From NCBI GenBank assembly GCA_029762535.1, contig JARVGK010000009.1:1-64000 (forward strand): a DNA stretch of 64,000 nt. Direction: 5' to 3'. A program made the translations under genes and the position numbers. How positions within the stretch are numbered: the stretch's first letter is position 1; every line of letters begins with the position of its first letter. The DNA is from Thermoplasmatota archaeon (GTDB taxonomy: Archaea; Thermoplasmatota; Penumbrarchaeia; Penumbrarchaeales; Penumbrarchaeaceae). The notes beneath the pieces are model-generated. The model was not told the DNA's origin. It saw only the letters and a list, made by a program, of their open reading frames with translations, and did no database searches. Of this stretch, positions 23,681-33,732 are shown piece after piece.

Positions 23681-23739
23681 TTTGAACCCGGGCAAGTAGC
23701 TTGGGAAGCTACGGTCCTACCGAGCTAGACCACATCCGC
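23664..23739 (-). tRNA. tRNA-Gly (CCC), CCA encoded, no intron
   Basis: GCGGATGTGGTCTAGCTCGGTAGGACCGTAGCTTCCCAAGCTACTTGCCCGGGTTCAAATCCCGGCATCCGCACCA folds as a cloverleaf with anticodon CCC. Confidence 0.96.
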
Positions 23740-23790
23740 AAGTGGATCGATAGGGTGGAATATCGCAAGAGGGTATATTGCTCTTTCCTT

Positions 23791-24111
23791 TTAGAGAGAG
23801 CCCCCCTTGGCCTTCTCCTTCAGTCTCTTGAGGCGGGTCTTGGAATCGAAGCCGGTAGCTGCCTCCAGGAAGAGGTTCCTCTTCTTCATCGTGTCAAGTA
23901 CCTGATCGTCCGGTACCTTTACGGTGACGATCTCTATGACAAGCTCCGATCCCGAGCCCATCCGCGCCCGGATAGGTCGCATTGCACCGTAGTTCGAGGA
24001 GATCCAATCCCCTTCTGCTTCGGCGTTGCCGAAGATGTCCTTCATTAGATCGGTGAGCCCCTTACCTTCTATCTTCTTGGCATATCCCTTCTTGATATCG
24101 AAGATCTCCAT
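23791..24111 (-). CDS. DUF5611-like archaeal protein
   Basis: FDIKKG..SNYGAM..N.FLEAATGFDSKTR pattern. Confidence 0.7.
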   Translation of the reverse strand: MEIFDIKKGYAKKIEGKGLTDLMKDIFGNAEAEGDWISSNYGAMRPIRARMGSGSELVIEIVTVKVPDDQVLDTMKKRNLFLEAATGFDSKTRLKRLKEKAKGGSL

Positions 24112-24147
24112 GGGGGGCGGTAATACTTGATGGATAATTATAGTTAC

Positions 24148-25092
24148 TCAATCCCTTATTCCCTCTTCAGATACGGATATTACCGCCTCTCCCTCGGGAA
24201 GGTTCGGGGAATCGATCAACCTGGCTATACGGCGGTTCCCCTTCGATTTTCTCAGATAGACCCTGAACGTGGACTTGTGAGCCAGTATGTGCCCTCCTAT
24301 TGCCCTTGTGGGATCCCCAAAGAAGGCGTCTGGTTTGGCAGCGACCTGGTTGGTAACGGCTATGACGGCTTGGTTCAGGTCCCCGAACTTCTGGAGAGCG
24401 TGAAGGTGTTTGTTCAGCTTCTGCTGCCTGTCCGCCAATGCCCCCCTTCCGATGTATTCAGCCCTGAAATGGGATGTTAGCGAATCCACCACGATGAGCC
24501 TGATCGGAAACTCCTTGGAGATGTCCTTGGCCTTATCGACCAGCAGCATCTGATGATGAGAATTGAAGGCCCTGGCCACATGAATGGACTTCAACACTTC
24601 CGTGGGATCGAGCTCATATGCCTCGGCCATCTGAACGATCCTCTCTGGGCGAAAGGTGTTCTCGGTATCGATGAAGACAGTGTGACCACCAAGTCCTCCA
24701 TCCTCCTGCGGGCGAAACACGTTCACACACAGTTGATGTATGATCTGGGTCTTGCCGGATCCGAATTCTCCGAAGAACTCCGTTATGGCAGAGGTCTCGA
24801 TCCCCCCGCCCATAAGATCGTCCAGGGCCCTCGATCCAGAAGTGAGTTTATTGGTGTTCATCCGCCCCTCCATTATGATGTCCCCTGTGACGAACCCGCC
24901 GATATCCGCGAGCTTCTTGGCGGCGGCGATGATCTTTATCGCAGTGGACTCACCCAGCTCTGCAGCCTCCACAAGGGCTGCCGGGCTTGCCACGGCTATC
25001 GATAGAAGGTCATCGTATCCCGCATCTCTCAGCTTCTCCGCTGTGGCCGGACCGACCCCTGGGAGATCCTCCACCGTTCTTTCTTCATCCAT
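24148..25092 (-). CDS. radA: DNA repair and recombination protein RadA
   Basis: [14 protein letters not shown] Hh[10 protein letters not shown] Walker [25 protein letters not shown]; ATG at 25092 follows GGTGA. Confidence 0.97.
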   Translation of the reverse strand: MDEERTVEDLPGVGPATAEKLRDAGYDDLLSIAVASPAALVEAAELGESTAIKIIAAAKKLADIGGFVTGDIIMEGRMNTNKLTSGSRALDDLMGGGIETSAITEFFGEFGSGKTQIIHQLCVNVFRPQEDGGLGGHTVFIDTENTFRPERIVQMAEAYELDPTEVLKSIHVARAFNSHHQMLLVDKAKDISKEFPIRLIVVDSLTSHFRAEYIGRGALADRQQKLNKHLHALQKFGDLNQAVIAVTNQVAAKPDAFFGDPTRAIGGHILAHKSTFRVYLRKSKGNRRIARLIDSPNLPEGEAVISVSEEGIRD

Positions 25093-25175
25093 TGTATCAC
25101 CGATAGCGATCCACCGAACTGAGCCAAGACCCATATATACTTTCACAGTAGGAGAGGGATGGCCAAATCTATTCT

Positions 25176-26249
25176 TCATGATGAAGAGAGATATTCCTCG
25201 ATAAGGGGGAGATAGTCCTGATGTTTTATGGTGAACGTCTTTGACGGGGAGAAAAGCAATATCATCGGCTCTCCCCTGACCTTGAAATGGTCCTTGACAA
25301 GGGCCGTATACTCCTCTCGCGCTGTGGAGAATTGGGTGAAGTCATGGAAAAGCGACAGGGAAACCGTCTCGTTCAGGCCGTATATCGAGAAGAAGCTTGG
25401 CAGATGGAGTGGATCGGTGTTCGGATAGGTCAGCTCCCTCTCCTTGAACCTGTCGTAATGCGCCTCGACGAGGCACAAAATGTTGAAGCCAAGGAGGCCG
25501 TAATCGATCACCCTCGTCTTTTTTATCACTCCGAGGTCGAGCAATTCCTTCTTATGGCGGGCAACCGCCTGTCTGGTTGTATCGAGCTTCTGTGCGATCT
25601 TGTTGTCGGGCATGTCGGGAGCCCCGAGCAGTCCCTTCAGAATGAGCTTTTCCTTGTTCGTCAGGTGATGGAACTTGTTCAACGCCTTTTCGCTCTCAGT
25701 AACGGAGGCCGCCGGATCGCTGACCGGTTCTATGTTGAACGCGCGCTCCAGAACGTCGGTGTAATCGAAGTTCTTGTTCATATGGGAGAGGGACATCGGA
25801 TATATCGTGGAATGAAGGATGTTGCCGGAGAGCAATCCGTATTCGTTGAGGGAGATCCTGATATCCCGTTCAGAGGCCCTATAGTGAGTATAATCCCGGT
25901 ATAGGGAAATGTAGAAAAGTGTGTCCCCGAACACCATGGCGCTGTAGGTGTTAGGATGCTTTTTGAAGAGTTCTATCAATGATCGCCGGTCCTTATCATC
26001 CCGCACCGCTCTATCTAAAGGCGTCCATCCGACCGTGAGTACCTCATAGTCCATTATGTTAATGTTAGGCACCAGCCTGTCGTGGATGATCCCCGTCCTT
26101 TTCATCTTGTTCTTGATGGCATTGAGCGTGGACATGCGAATGTTGATCCTGTCAGAAAGCTGACGGTCGTTGAGCATCGGGAACCTGACCATTCCCCATA
26201 GAATGAGCCTCTCGTTCTTGGACAACTTCATGATGGCCCTCCTTACCAT
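25176..26249 (-). CDS. tandem (duplicated) Lrp/AsnC-like wHTH regulator
   Basis: Two HTH modules: [25 protein letters not shown] and [33 protein letters not shown]. Confidence 0.7.
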   Translation of the reverse strand: MVRRAIMKLSKNERLILWGMVRFPMLNDRQLSDRINIRMSTLNAIKNKMKRTGIIHDRLVPNINIMDYEVLTVGWTPLDRAVRDDKDRRSLIELFKKHPNTYSAMVFGDTLFYISLYRDYTHYRASERDIRISLNEYGLLSGNILHSTIYPMSLSHMNKNFDYTDVLERAFNIEPVSDPAASVTESEKALNKFHHLTNKEKLILKGLLGAPDMPDNKIAQKLDTTRQAVARHKKELLDLGVIKKTRVIDYGLLGFNILCLVEAHYDRFKERELTYPNTDPLHLPSFFSIYGLNETVSLSLFHDFTQFSTAREEYTALVKDHFKVRGEPMILLFSPSKTFTIKHQDYLPLIEEYLSSS

Positions 26250-26404
26250 GCCTCATAGGGCTTGAGGATATGCTTTTAGCATAACTTATTGGTTATTTAT
26301 AATTTAGGAATTGTGTAATGAAATGGTGCCCAAACAGCTGCTCAAGGCTGCTTAAATGGAAAAGTCTGGTAAGAAAACCGTAATAATGTTTAATGGCCAA
26401 AAGC

Positions 26405-27328
26405 TCATCCTTCCAATTCCTCTATGGATTTGACTATGTCCACCATCCCCTCCATGCCCTCACGCTCCGGAAGAGCTGTATGGCCCTCTTTGAGAACCGT
26501 CACACCCTGTTCTCCCTTCATGAGTCCCTCGATTATCGTATCCGGGGTGACAACGACCCTCCTCCCCCTGATATCGCCCCCGATCCTTGCGGCATGATGG
26601 ATCGTCACGTCCCCCTGGCATTTTATCGTGCCGTTGACCACAACGTCCTCTCCCAGATAGAGGTCACCATGGGTGGTAATGTCCCCGAAAACCTGAACGG
26701 CCTTGTCTATATCGACCCCGCCCTCCACATCAAGGTCGCCCACGATGGTGCAACCCGGGCCTATCCTCATGTCACCTGGTATGTGAATGGTGTCCGGGTC
26801 TATTGAGCTTGAGCGTGGGAAGTAGAGGAAGCCCCTCTCCACAAGAAAGGACCCTCCAGCTTCACCGTCCAATTCCGAGAGGAACCTATCGATCTCTTCG
26901 GATCCCTCCTCCTTGATCATCTGGAGAAGGTATAACAGGAGATAGATCATCATGGAAATGGGGTTCCTGATATTGATGAAACCCCTGGATTCTATGCCTT
27001 CCGGGTCAAGGGACGCGCCTTCGCCTATGTCGAGGTCTTTGCCTACGTTGAGAGTGCCTTGGACGATACATCGTTCACCGATGAATATGTCCGCATCCGA
27101 GGTGACATTGCCCTTGAGCCTAGTTCCCTTGTCCAGACGAACATCGCCGATCGAGACGATGTCCCCCTTGAGTTCGGCGAACTCTCCGATGAAGACCCTG
27201 CCCTCAGTTATGACCCCTCTCCTGATGAGGGACCTGTCCGAGATTATAACATCTCCCTTGCTGCGTATGTTCTTCTCCTCGAGAAGGGTGCCTGCGGGTA
27301 TGAAGCAAAGAGAGCGGTCGAATACCAT
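26405..27328 (-). CDS. bactofilin-like / DUF583 beta-helix protein with two domains
   Basis: Repeated (I/V)xGD(I/V/L) beta-helix motifs in two blocks around a central IRNP..helical linker. Confidence 0.75.
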   Translation of the reverse strand: MVFDRSLCFIPAGTLLEEKNIRSKGDVIISDRSLIRRGVITEGRVFIGEFAELKGDIVSIGDVRLDKGTRLKGNVTSDADIFIGERCIVQGTLNVGKDLDIGEGASLDPEGIESRGFINIRNPISMMIYLLLYLLQMIKEEGSEEIDRFLSELDGEAGGSFLVERGFLYFPRSSSIDPDTIHIPGDMRIGPGCTIVGDLDVEGGVDIDKAVQVFGDITTHGDLYLGEDVVVNGTIKCQGDVTIHHAARIGGDIRGRRVVVTPDTIIEGLMKGEQGVTVLKEGHTALPEREGMEGMVDIVKSIEELEG

Positions 27329-27417
27329 CCTTTGAACCTCTGTGACTGCGAACTGCCCCTTTAGGAGCGAACAGGTATTTATCGGTTTTACCTCGGATAT
27401 CGGCCCTTGATCCCTTC

Positions 27418-27873
27418 TCAGAGATCGACGAGAACGCGCGCCTTGTACATCAAGCCCTCTTTTACGATGCCAACCTCATGGTAAGTTATGGCCTTGACCT
27501 CCATACCCGCATGCCCAGGATCAATGGTGAAGAGCTGGCCCTTGGATGAGAGGGAGATCGAGAGGAGATCGTCTTCGACCGCTATCAGGGGGTCGGTGAT
27601 GACCACCCCCTCTCCCTCTACAAGGTAGAGGCATTCCGATAGGAAACGGACCAGAGCTTCCTCCGGGGAGGACCCGCGGACCGTGAATTCCACGTCCTTC
27701 TCCCCTTCGAGATGAAACCCGCCCGCGATGATGCCGTATAGGGACATGAGCATGGACCCAAGCAACTCGGCCGGGTCCTCCGATTCACCAACGATCCACA
27801 TGTCGGCAGTATGCTCCTCCGTCCACGAACGACATGGCAGAGGCCTCCACATTCCATCGGACCTTCGGGACAT
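27418..27873 (-). CDS. archease
   Basis: EHTADM...EVKAITYH...VLVDL. Confidence 0.9.
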   Translation of the reverse strand: MSRRSDGMWRPLPCRSWTEEHTADMWIVGESEDPAELLGSMLMSLYGIIAGGFHLEGEKDVEFTVRGSSPEEALVRFLSECLYLVEGEGVVITDPLIAVEDDLLSISLSSKGQLFTIDPGHAGMEVKAITYHEVGIVKEGLMYKARVLVDL

Positions 27874-27936
27874 AGCGACCTATTAGGGAGTATCGGGCAA
27901 AATAATTTTTACCTATCGGTCGATGCATGGGGTGCA

Positions 27937-29007
27937 ATGACATTGAGGGAAAGGGAGCTGAGGGTGTTGTACGCCCTATCCAGATGGCCAAAGGCTAGCA
28001 TGAACGAGGTAGCTCATTCTCTGAACATATCGCTTTCCTCCCTCTCAAGCATCAAGACCGCCCTTTTGAAAGCCGGTGTTCTTCGCCCCTCGGTAGTCTC
28101 CCTGCCCAAGGTCCTTGGGATGAACTTCAGGGGGGTTGATACCGCCCCGATCCTGCCCAAGACGGCATCGAGGAAGGTTCTAGAGATCATCGACCGATCA
28201 TCCATCGAGAACGGAGTCACCTACAAGGTCATGATGGACGGGGCGAGATATAACATACAAGCCCTCTCCCGGGACAATGATTCAATGGGGTCCTTCCTCA
28301 GCGGCCTGGATGCGATATCTGGAAAGACCTATAAAGAGAACGACGAAGACCGTTTGAGGATGCTTTTCCCGCTGGATCAGGAGATTATGCACAATATCGC
28401 GGACCAATCCGGGGTTGTAAGACATTCATTTGGGATCGACGTTGAGCCTTTGACGGGCATGTCAAGACAGAACCCGGGACCGCTTGCCGATACCACTATG
28501 GACATGCCCAGTCCACAAAGCCTGCAGACACTCCCCTTGTTCGTTGGTAGCCCGATAAGAAAGGACAGCGAGATCGCAAATGTCCTCAACGTCTCCAAGC
28601 AAAGGGTCGGGAAGATCAGGCAGGAGCTTGAGAAGAGAAAACTGATCGTGAGGAACAATATCATAGACCACTCGTCCCTTGGCTTCGAAACTATCGGCTT
28701 CTTCTATATCGTGTATCATAAGGATAGAACGATCGAGGAGATCTCGGAATTCGAGGAACGAATAAGGGTCGCGTTCGATCCCTTCTTCTGGGCGCGGAAC
28801 GGGCACATATCCACCTTCGATTACTGGTTCAGAGGTCTTAAGGAGCTCAAACGTTTCAGGGCGGAACTGTTCTCCCTGTCGGAGGACCCTCTCATAGACA
28901 GAATGAAGGCGTTCTTCCTCTCCGGCGATATCACGACCCACATCAGATATATCTCCGGTGGGATGAAGGAACGGGGAGAAGAGAGCGTCGCAACGGGAGG
29001 GCGATAG
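27937..29007 (+). CDS. tandem Lrp/AsnC-like wHTH regulator (paralog of 25176-26249)
   Basis: LRERELRVL..SMNEVAHSLNISLSSL and KDSEIANVLNVSKQRVGKIRQELEK..IDHSSLGF. Confidence 0.65.
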   Translation: MTLRERELRVLYALSRWPKASMNEVAHSLNISLSSLSSIKTALLKAGVLRPSVVSLPKVLGMNFRGVDTAPILPKTASRKVLEIIDRSSIENGVTYKVMMDGARYNIQALSRDNDSMGSFLSGLDAISGKTYKENDEDRLRMLFPLDQEIMHNIADQSGVVRHSFGIDVEPLTGMSRQNPGPLADTTMDMPSPQSLQTLPLFVGSPIRKDSEIANVLNVSKQRVGKIRQELEKRKLIVRNNIIDHSSLGFETIGFFYIVYHKDRTIEEISEFEERIRVAFDPFFWARNGHISTFDYWFRGLKELKRFRAELFSLSEDPLIDRMKAFFLSGDITTHIRYISGGMKERGEESVATGGR

Positions 29008-29008
29008 C

Positions 29009-30061
29009 GTGCGGGTCCTTGATAGGCGGGAGGATTCGGACATCCTATCCCTCAGGATCGATACGGCGGACGACCTGTACTATCTATCACAGATCATCGG
29101 CGAGGGGGATCGGGTCGGATGCCAATCCCTCCGACGGCCCGAGGCGAAGGATGACATGGTCAGGTCCGACTCCCAACCCCGGAGGCGGGTCTATCTCGTT
29201 ATCGAGGTGGAGGGGGTGGAGTTCCAGGCTTTCACTGACGCTTTGAGGATAAAGGGCAGGATAGTCGAGGGTCCGCCCGATGTGAAAGGGCATCACACTC
29301 AGGTTGTGGAGCCGGGGACCGTCATCGACCTCGCCTTCAAGGAACCCAACGGGTCGGTTCTGGAGATACTCGAGGAGGCCCTGAAGGCCTCCGACAGGCC
29401 GAACATGATAGTCATCTCGGTGGATGATTCGGACTGTAGCATATTCCGCCTCAGGGATTACGGCCTCGAGGAGGTCGAGACGCTCAATGCGGGAGCGGGA
29501 GGCAAGATGTTCCCCTCGGGTGACCGTTGGTCATCGTTGATCGGTGCTATCTGTGAGACGGTAAGGCCGATGTACATGGAGGGTATGCCGATCGTCATAT
29601 TGGGACCCTCGTTCGTTAAAGAGAGGGTCCGGGACCATCTCTTGAAGGAGATGAGGGTATCGCCTCCCCGGATAATACTGCTGTCGGCATCGAGCGGGGG
29701 GCTATCCGGTGTGAGGGAGGCCCTTAGCAAGGGCGAGAGCCTTCAGGACGTCGTTCGTGAGAACAGAGTGGTCCGGGAGTCCTCCATGGTCGATGAGCTC
29801 TTTGCCAGGATCGCCAGGGGATACGGGGCCACGTATGGCCCGGACCAGGTAAGGAAGGCGATCTCCTCGGGCGCGGTGGAGGTCCTACTCATCTCGGAGG
29901 ATCTCTTCAGGGATGAGGAGATGAGGCGCCTAATGGACGCGGCCCGCGAGATCGGAGCGTCGACCATGATAGTATCGGCGCATCACGATGCCGGAAAAAA
30001 GTTCAGCAGGATGGGCGGCCTTGCCGCATTCCTGCGATTCGATCCCGGGGGGCCCGCATGA
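29009..30061 (+). CDS. pelA: pelota/Dom34 ribosome rescue factor
   Basis: DDLYYL..GD, VEFQAFTDALRIKGRI, HHT, GPSFVKE, YG...GAVEVLL, MGGLAAFLRF. Confidence 0.92.
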   Translation: MRVLDRREDSDILSLRIDTADDLYYLSQIIGEGDRVGCQSLRRPEAKDDMVRSDSQPRRRVYLVIEVEGVEFQAFTDALRIKGRIVEGPPDVKGHHTQVVEPGTVIDLAFKEPNGSVLEILEEALKASDRPNMIVISVDDSDCSIFRLRDYGLEEVETLNAGAGGKMFPSGDRWSSLIGAICETVRPMYMEGMPIVILGPSFVKERVRDHLLKEMRVSPPRIILLSASSGGLSGVREALSKGESLQDVVRENRVVRESSMVDELFARIARGYGATYGPDQVRKAISSGAVEVLLISEDLFRDEEMRRLMDAAREIGASTMIVSAHHDAGKKFSRMGGLAAFLRFDPGGPA

Positions 30062-30612
30062 TCAACAAGCCCTGGTCATATTTCAGAAAGCCGCCCGTGG
30101 GAGGTCTTATACTCGCTGCGATAATGTTGTTCATATCCCTCATCGTGATAACGGCACCCTTTCTGGAGGATCCCGGTTCCATAAAGATGAGCAACGACGG
30201 CAAAGTGGGGGGTCATGAGCATGAGGACCATATCGCCGAAATGAGGCTGCCCCTGGCAAGGAGCGTATACAGGCTAGGCGACGTATACTGCCATCAGATA
30301 GAGGACAGGACGCTGTTCCTCAACGGGAACCCCATGCCGGTCTGTTCGAGGGATATCGCACTGTTCTTAGGGATGGTCCTCGGCTCCGTGTTCGCTGCCG
30401 TTTACAGAGGGAGGTTCAACGGTCTTCTGGCACTGGCCCTGATCGCCCCCATGGTCCTGGATGGAACGATGCAGATGCTAACACTATACGAATCGATCAA
30501 CATCGTCAGGATATTGACCGGGTTCGCCGCAGGGTTCGTCATCGCATGGACGCTGAACTGCGGGATAATGTTCGTTTCGGGCGATTATCCCGCATCCCCT
30601 CCATCGGAATAG
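30058..30612 (+). CDS. DUF2085 membrane protein
   Basis: YCHQIEDRT..G.PMPVCSRD..PMVLDG..N..RILTG. Confidence 0.85.
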   Translation: MINKPWSYFRKPPVGGLILAAIMLFISLIVITAPFLEDPGSIKMSNDGKVGGHEHEDHIAEMRLPLARSVYRLGDVYCHQIEDRTLFLNGNPMPVCSRDIALFLGMVLGSVFAAVYRGRFNGLLALALIAPMVLDGTMQMLTLYESINIVRILTGFAAGFVIAWTLNCGIMFVSGDYPASPPSE

Positions 30613-30657
30613 CTTAATATCGAGCCTTACATATCGGCTCTCGCCCGAGGTGAAAGG

Positions 30658-31599
30658 ATGAAGATACTCATTACTGACGGATTGGCGAAGGAGGCCGTAC
30701 AGATGCTCAGGGACGCCGGACACGAGGTCGTTATGGACGAGGCGACCCCTGAGAGGCTGCTCGAGATCATCGGGGATCATGAAGCGCTCATGGTCAGGTC
30801 AAGGACCAAGGTCAGGGCGGACGCTTTGGAGAAGGGGACGAACCTCAAGGTCATCGCAAGAGCCGGCATCGGCGTCGACAACATAGACGTGAGGACGGCG
30901 GTTGAGAAGGGCATTGTCGTTGTGAACGCTCCCAGCGGAAGCACCGTCTCCGTCGCTGAGATGGCCATAGCTCACATGTTCTCTCTCGCGAGAAGCGTTC
31001 CCAGGGCCACATCCGCCCTCAAGAAGGGCGAATGGCTGAAGAAGCAGCTCAAAGGGATCGAGCTCAATGGTAAAACGCTGGGTCTTATCGGATGCGGAAG
31101 GATAGGCCAGGCCACCGCCGAGAGGGCGAGGGCATTGGGGATGCACGTGATAGGGTGCGATCCTTGCATATCCGGTGAGGCCCTGAGCAAGGGCGGGATA
31201 GAACCTGTCCCCTTCGAGGACCTGATGGCAAGGTCTGATTTCATATCGTTGCATTCGAACTACACTCCCGAGAACAGGCACATGATAGGCGCAGAAGCCC
31301 TATCCAAGATGAAGAAGACCGCCTATCTCATTAACTGTGCCAGGGGCGGGCTGATCGACGAGGCGGCCCTGTATGACGCCCTGAAGGAGGGCAGGATCGC
31401 CGGGGCAGCCCTTGATGTGTTCGAGACAGAGCCGCCGGGCGAGAGCCCCCTTATGACGCTCGATAACGTTTCGTTCACCCCCCATATCGGGGCTAACACC
31501 GTCGAGGGGCAGTTCCGTGCGGGTATGATCGTGGCGGAACAGGTATTGAAGGTCCTAAACGGTGAGAAGCCAGACTTTCCCGTACTGCCCAAGGCCTGA
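30658..31599 (+). CDS. serA: D-3-phosphoglycerate / D-2-hydroxyacid dehydrogenase (short type, no ACT domain)
   Basis: RAGIGVDNID, GLIGCGRIG, INCARGG, ALDVFETEP, TPHIGA. Confidence 0.85.
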   Translation: MKILITDGLAKEAVQMLRDAGHEVVMDEATPERLLEIIGDHEALMVRSRTKVRADALEKGTNLKVIARAGIGVDNIDVRTAVEKGIVVVNAPSGSTVSVAEMAIAHMFSLARSVPRATSALKKGEWLKKQLKGIELNGKTLGLIGCGRIGQATAERARALGMHVIGCDPCISGEALSKGGIEPVPFEDLMARSDFISLHSNYTPENRHMIGAEALSKMKKTAYLINCARGGLIDEAALYDALKEGRIAGAALDVFETEPPGESPLMTLDNVSFTPHIGANTVEGQFRAGMIVAEQVLKVLNGEKPDFPVLPKA

Positions 31600-31644
31600 A
31601 AGGTTCAGGACTACAGATAAATAATCAGAGCCCCTCATCTTCCC

Positions 31645-32127
31645 ATGGACGGAAAAATCAGGCTTTCCAGGGCGACCTTCGCCGCAGGATGTTTCTGGGG
31701 CGTCGAGGAGTCCTTCGCGAACCTTTTTGGAGTTATCTCCACCCAGGTGGGATATTCCGGAGGGAACGTGGCGGATCCGACATACAGGGACGTTTGCCGG
31801 GGGGATACCGGGCATGCTGAGGCCGTCGAGGTCATGTTCGATCCGAACGTTGTCTCTTACGAGGACCTTCTGGACCATCTTTTCTCGATACATGACCCGA
31901 CCACGCCGAACAGGCAAGGCCCCGATGTCGGGCACCAGTATCGATCCGCCATCTTCTATCATGACGAGGCGCAGAAGCAAAAGGCGCTTAAGGCGATCGA
32001 TGGACATTGCAATGATTTCGCCAGACCGATCGTGACGGAGATCGCCCCCGCCGGCCCCTTCTACAGGGCCGAAGAGTATCACCAGAGGTACCTGGCGAAA
32101 AATGGGATGGCCCATTGCAGGATATGA
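31645..32127 (+). CDS. msrA: peptide-methionine (S)-S-oxide reductase
   Basis: AGCFWGVE, TGHAE, HDPT..NRQGPDVG.QYRS, AEEYHQRY. Confidence 0.96.
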   Translation: MDGKIRLSRATFAAGCFWGVEESFANLFGVISTQVGYSGGNVADPTYRDVCRGDTGHAEAVEVMFDPNVVSYEDLLDHLFSIHDPTTPNRQGPDVGHQYRSAIFYHDEAQKQKALKAIDGHCNDFARPIVTEIAPAGPFYRAEEYHQRYLAKNGMAHCRI

Positions 32128-32166
32128 TGGCGAACAGTTATCTCTCCGACGGGATATCAACGTTCG

Positions 32167-33732
32167 ATGAGCAAGAGGTCGGTGGACATAGTCCTCATCA
32201 CAGGCGAATACCACGATGACCACCCGCTGTCTCCCTCCGGGATGATAAGCCGTGTGCTCCTTGACGCGGGTTATTCGGTAGGGATCGTCGAGAAACCGAC
32301 GCAAGACCCGGATTATAAGACGTTCGGAGAACCAAAGCTATTCTTCGGGGTCACCTCCGGGTCCATCGACAGCATGCTGTCGAACTACACACCCATGAAG
32401 AGGAGGCGGTTCCCCGAGGGGCATCCTCTACTGATGCCGGACAGAGCCGTGATCCGTTACTGCAACGACCTGAGGAGGCTGTTCAAGGGATGCAGGATCG
32501 TTATAGGGGGCATAGAAGCGTCCCTGCGCAGGTTCGCTCATTACGATTACTGGGATAACGATCTCAGAAGGAGCATCCTTCTGGATTCGAAGGCGGACCT
32601 TCTCGTTTACGGCAACGGTGAGAAGCAGGTCATCGAAGCTGCTGGGAGGGCGGGATCTGATGATGGCTTCGAGGGTATCGAGGGGACATGTATTAGATCT
32701 GCCGAGAAACCCCCGGGTTTTTCGGAGGTCCCATCGTTCGAGGATGTGAGCGCGGACAACGCCGCGTTCTGTTCGATGCAGAGGGAATTCAGCAACGATA
32801 AGGACCTCGCGCAGTTCACCGGCGGGACATACGTGCTGCAATACAGATACCCCAGATACTCGCCATCGGACCTGGACCGCTACTTTTCGCTTCCTTTTTC
32901 AAGACGCCTCAACCCCCGTTCGGCCCTTTCCATGGCGCGGTTCTCGGTCGTGACCCACAGGGGCTGCTTCGGCGGATGCGGTTTCTGCTCCATCGCACTT
33001 CATCAGGGGCCGAGGGTCATATCCCGGTCGGAGGATTCGATAATAGCGGAGATCGGATCGCTTACCAGGCATCCGGACTTCAAGGGATACATCGACGATC
33101 TCGGCGGCCCTTCCGCGAACATGTATGGAATGGACCGGGAGGAGGGATATGGTTGTCCGGGTTCGATCAAGAAATTGGACCATTCCCGCGCCATATCGCT
33201 GCTCAGACGGGCAAGGGAGGTACCGGGCGTCAAGAAGGTCTTCGTACGGAGCGGAATAAGGTACGACATCGCTTTGAGCTCGGAGGAATACATCAGGGAG
33301 ATCTCGACTCATCATATATCCGGGACGCTCAAGATAGCCCCTGAGCACATCGACCCAGAGGTCCTTTCCCTGATGCGAAAGCCTGGCTCGAAGTTCAGAG
33401 AGTTCGTTGATCTTTTCAACAGGTTGAACGAGGGGACGGGACAGACCCTGAGATACTATCTCATGATAGGGCATCCCGGCGACGATGTTCAAAAGGTTCG
33501 TAAGCTCTCATATGAGGCCGACCGGCTCGGGAACATAGAGCAGTTCCAGCTGTTCACTCCAACGCCCATGTCATTATCCTCATGCATATACTGGACCGGG
33601 CTCGATCCCATCACAATGAAGGGGGTCATGGTCGTAAGGGACTACCGCACAAAGAAGGAGATGAAGGAGGAAATGCTCCGCTCGATAGGGAGGTCCCGCA
33701 GAACCGGGCGATCTCGCGGCACCTCTTCCTGA
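32167..33732 (+). CDS. YgiQ/UPF0313 family radical SAM protein
   Basis: HRGCFGGCGFC, GGIEASLRRFAHYDYW, DLGGPSANMY, APEH, FTPTPMS. Confidence 0.92.
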   Translation: MSKRSVDIVLITGEYHDDHPLSPSGMISRVLLDAGYSVGIVEKPTQDPDYKTFGEPKLFFGVTSGSIDSMLSNYTPMKRRRFPEGHPLLMPDRAVIRYCNDLRRLFKGCRIVIGGIEASLRRFAHYDYWDNDLRRSILLDSKADLLVYGNGEKQVIEAAGRAGSDDGFEGIEGTCIRSAEKPPGFSEVPSFEDVSADNAAFCSMQREFSNDKDLAQFTGGTYVLQYRYPRYSPSDLDRYFSLPFSRRLNPRSALSMARFSVVTHRGCFGGCGFCSIALHQGPRVISRSEDSIIAEIGSLTRHPDFKGYIDDLGGPSANMYGMDREEGYGCPGSIKKLDHSRAISLLRRAREVPGVKKVFVRSGIRYDIALSSEEYIREISTHHISGTLKIAPEHIDPEVLSLMRKPGSKFREFVDLFNRLNEGTGQTLRYYLMIGHPGDDVQKVRKLSYEADRLGNIEQFQLFTPTPMSLSSCIYWTGLDPITMKGVMVVRDYRTKKEMKEEMLRSIGRSRRTGRSRGTSS

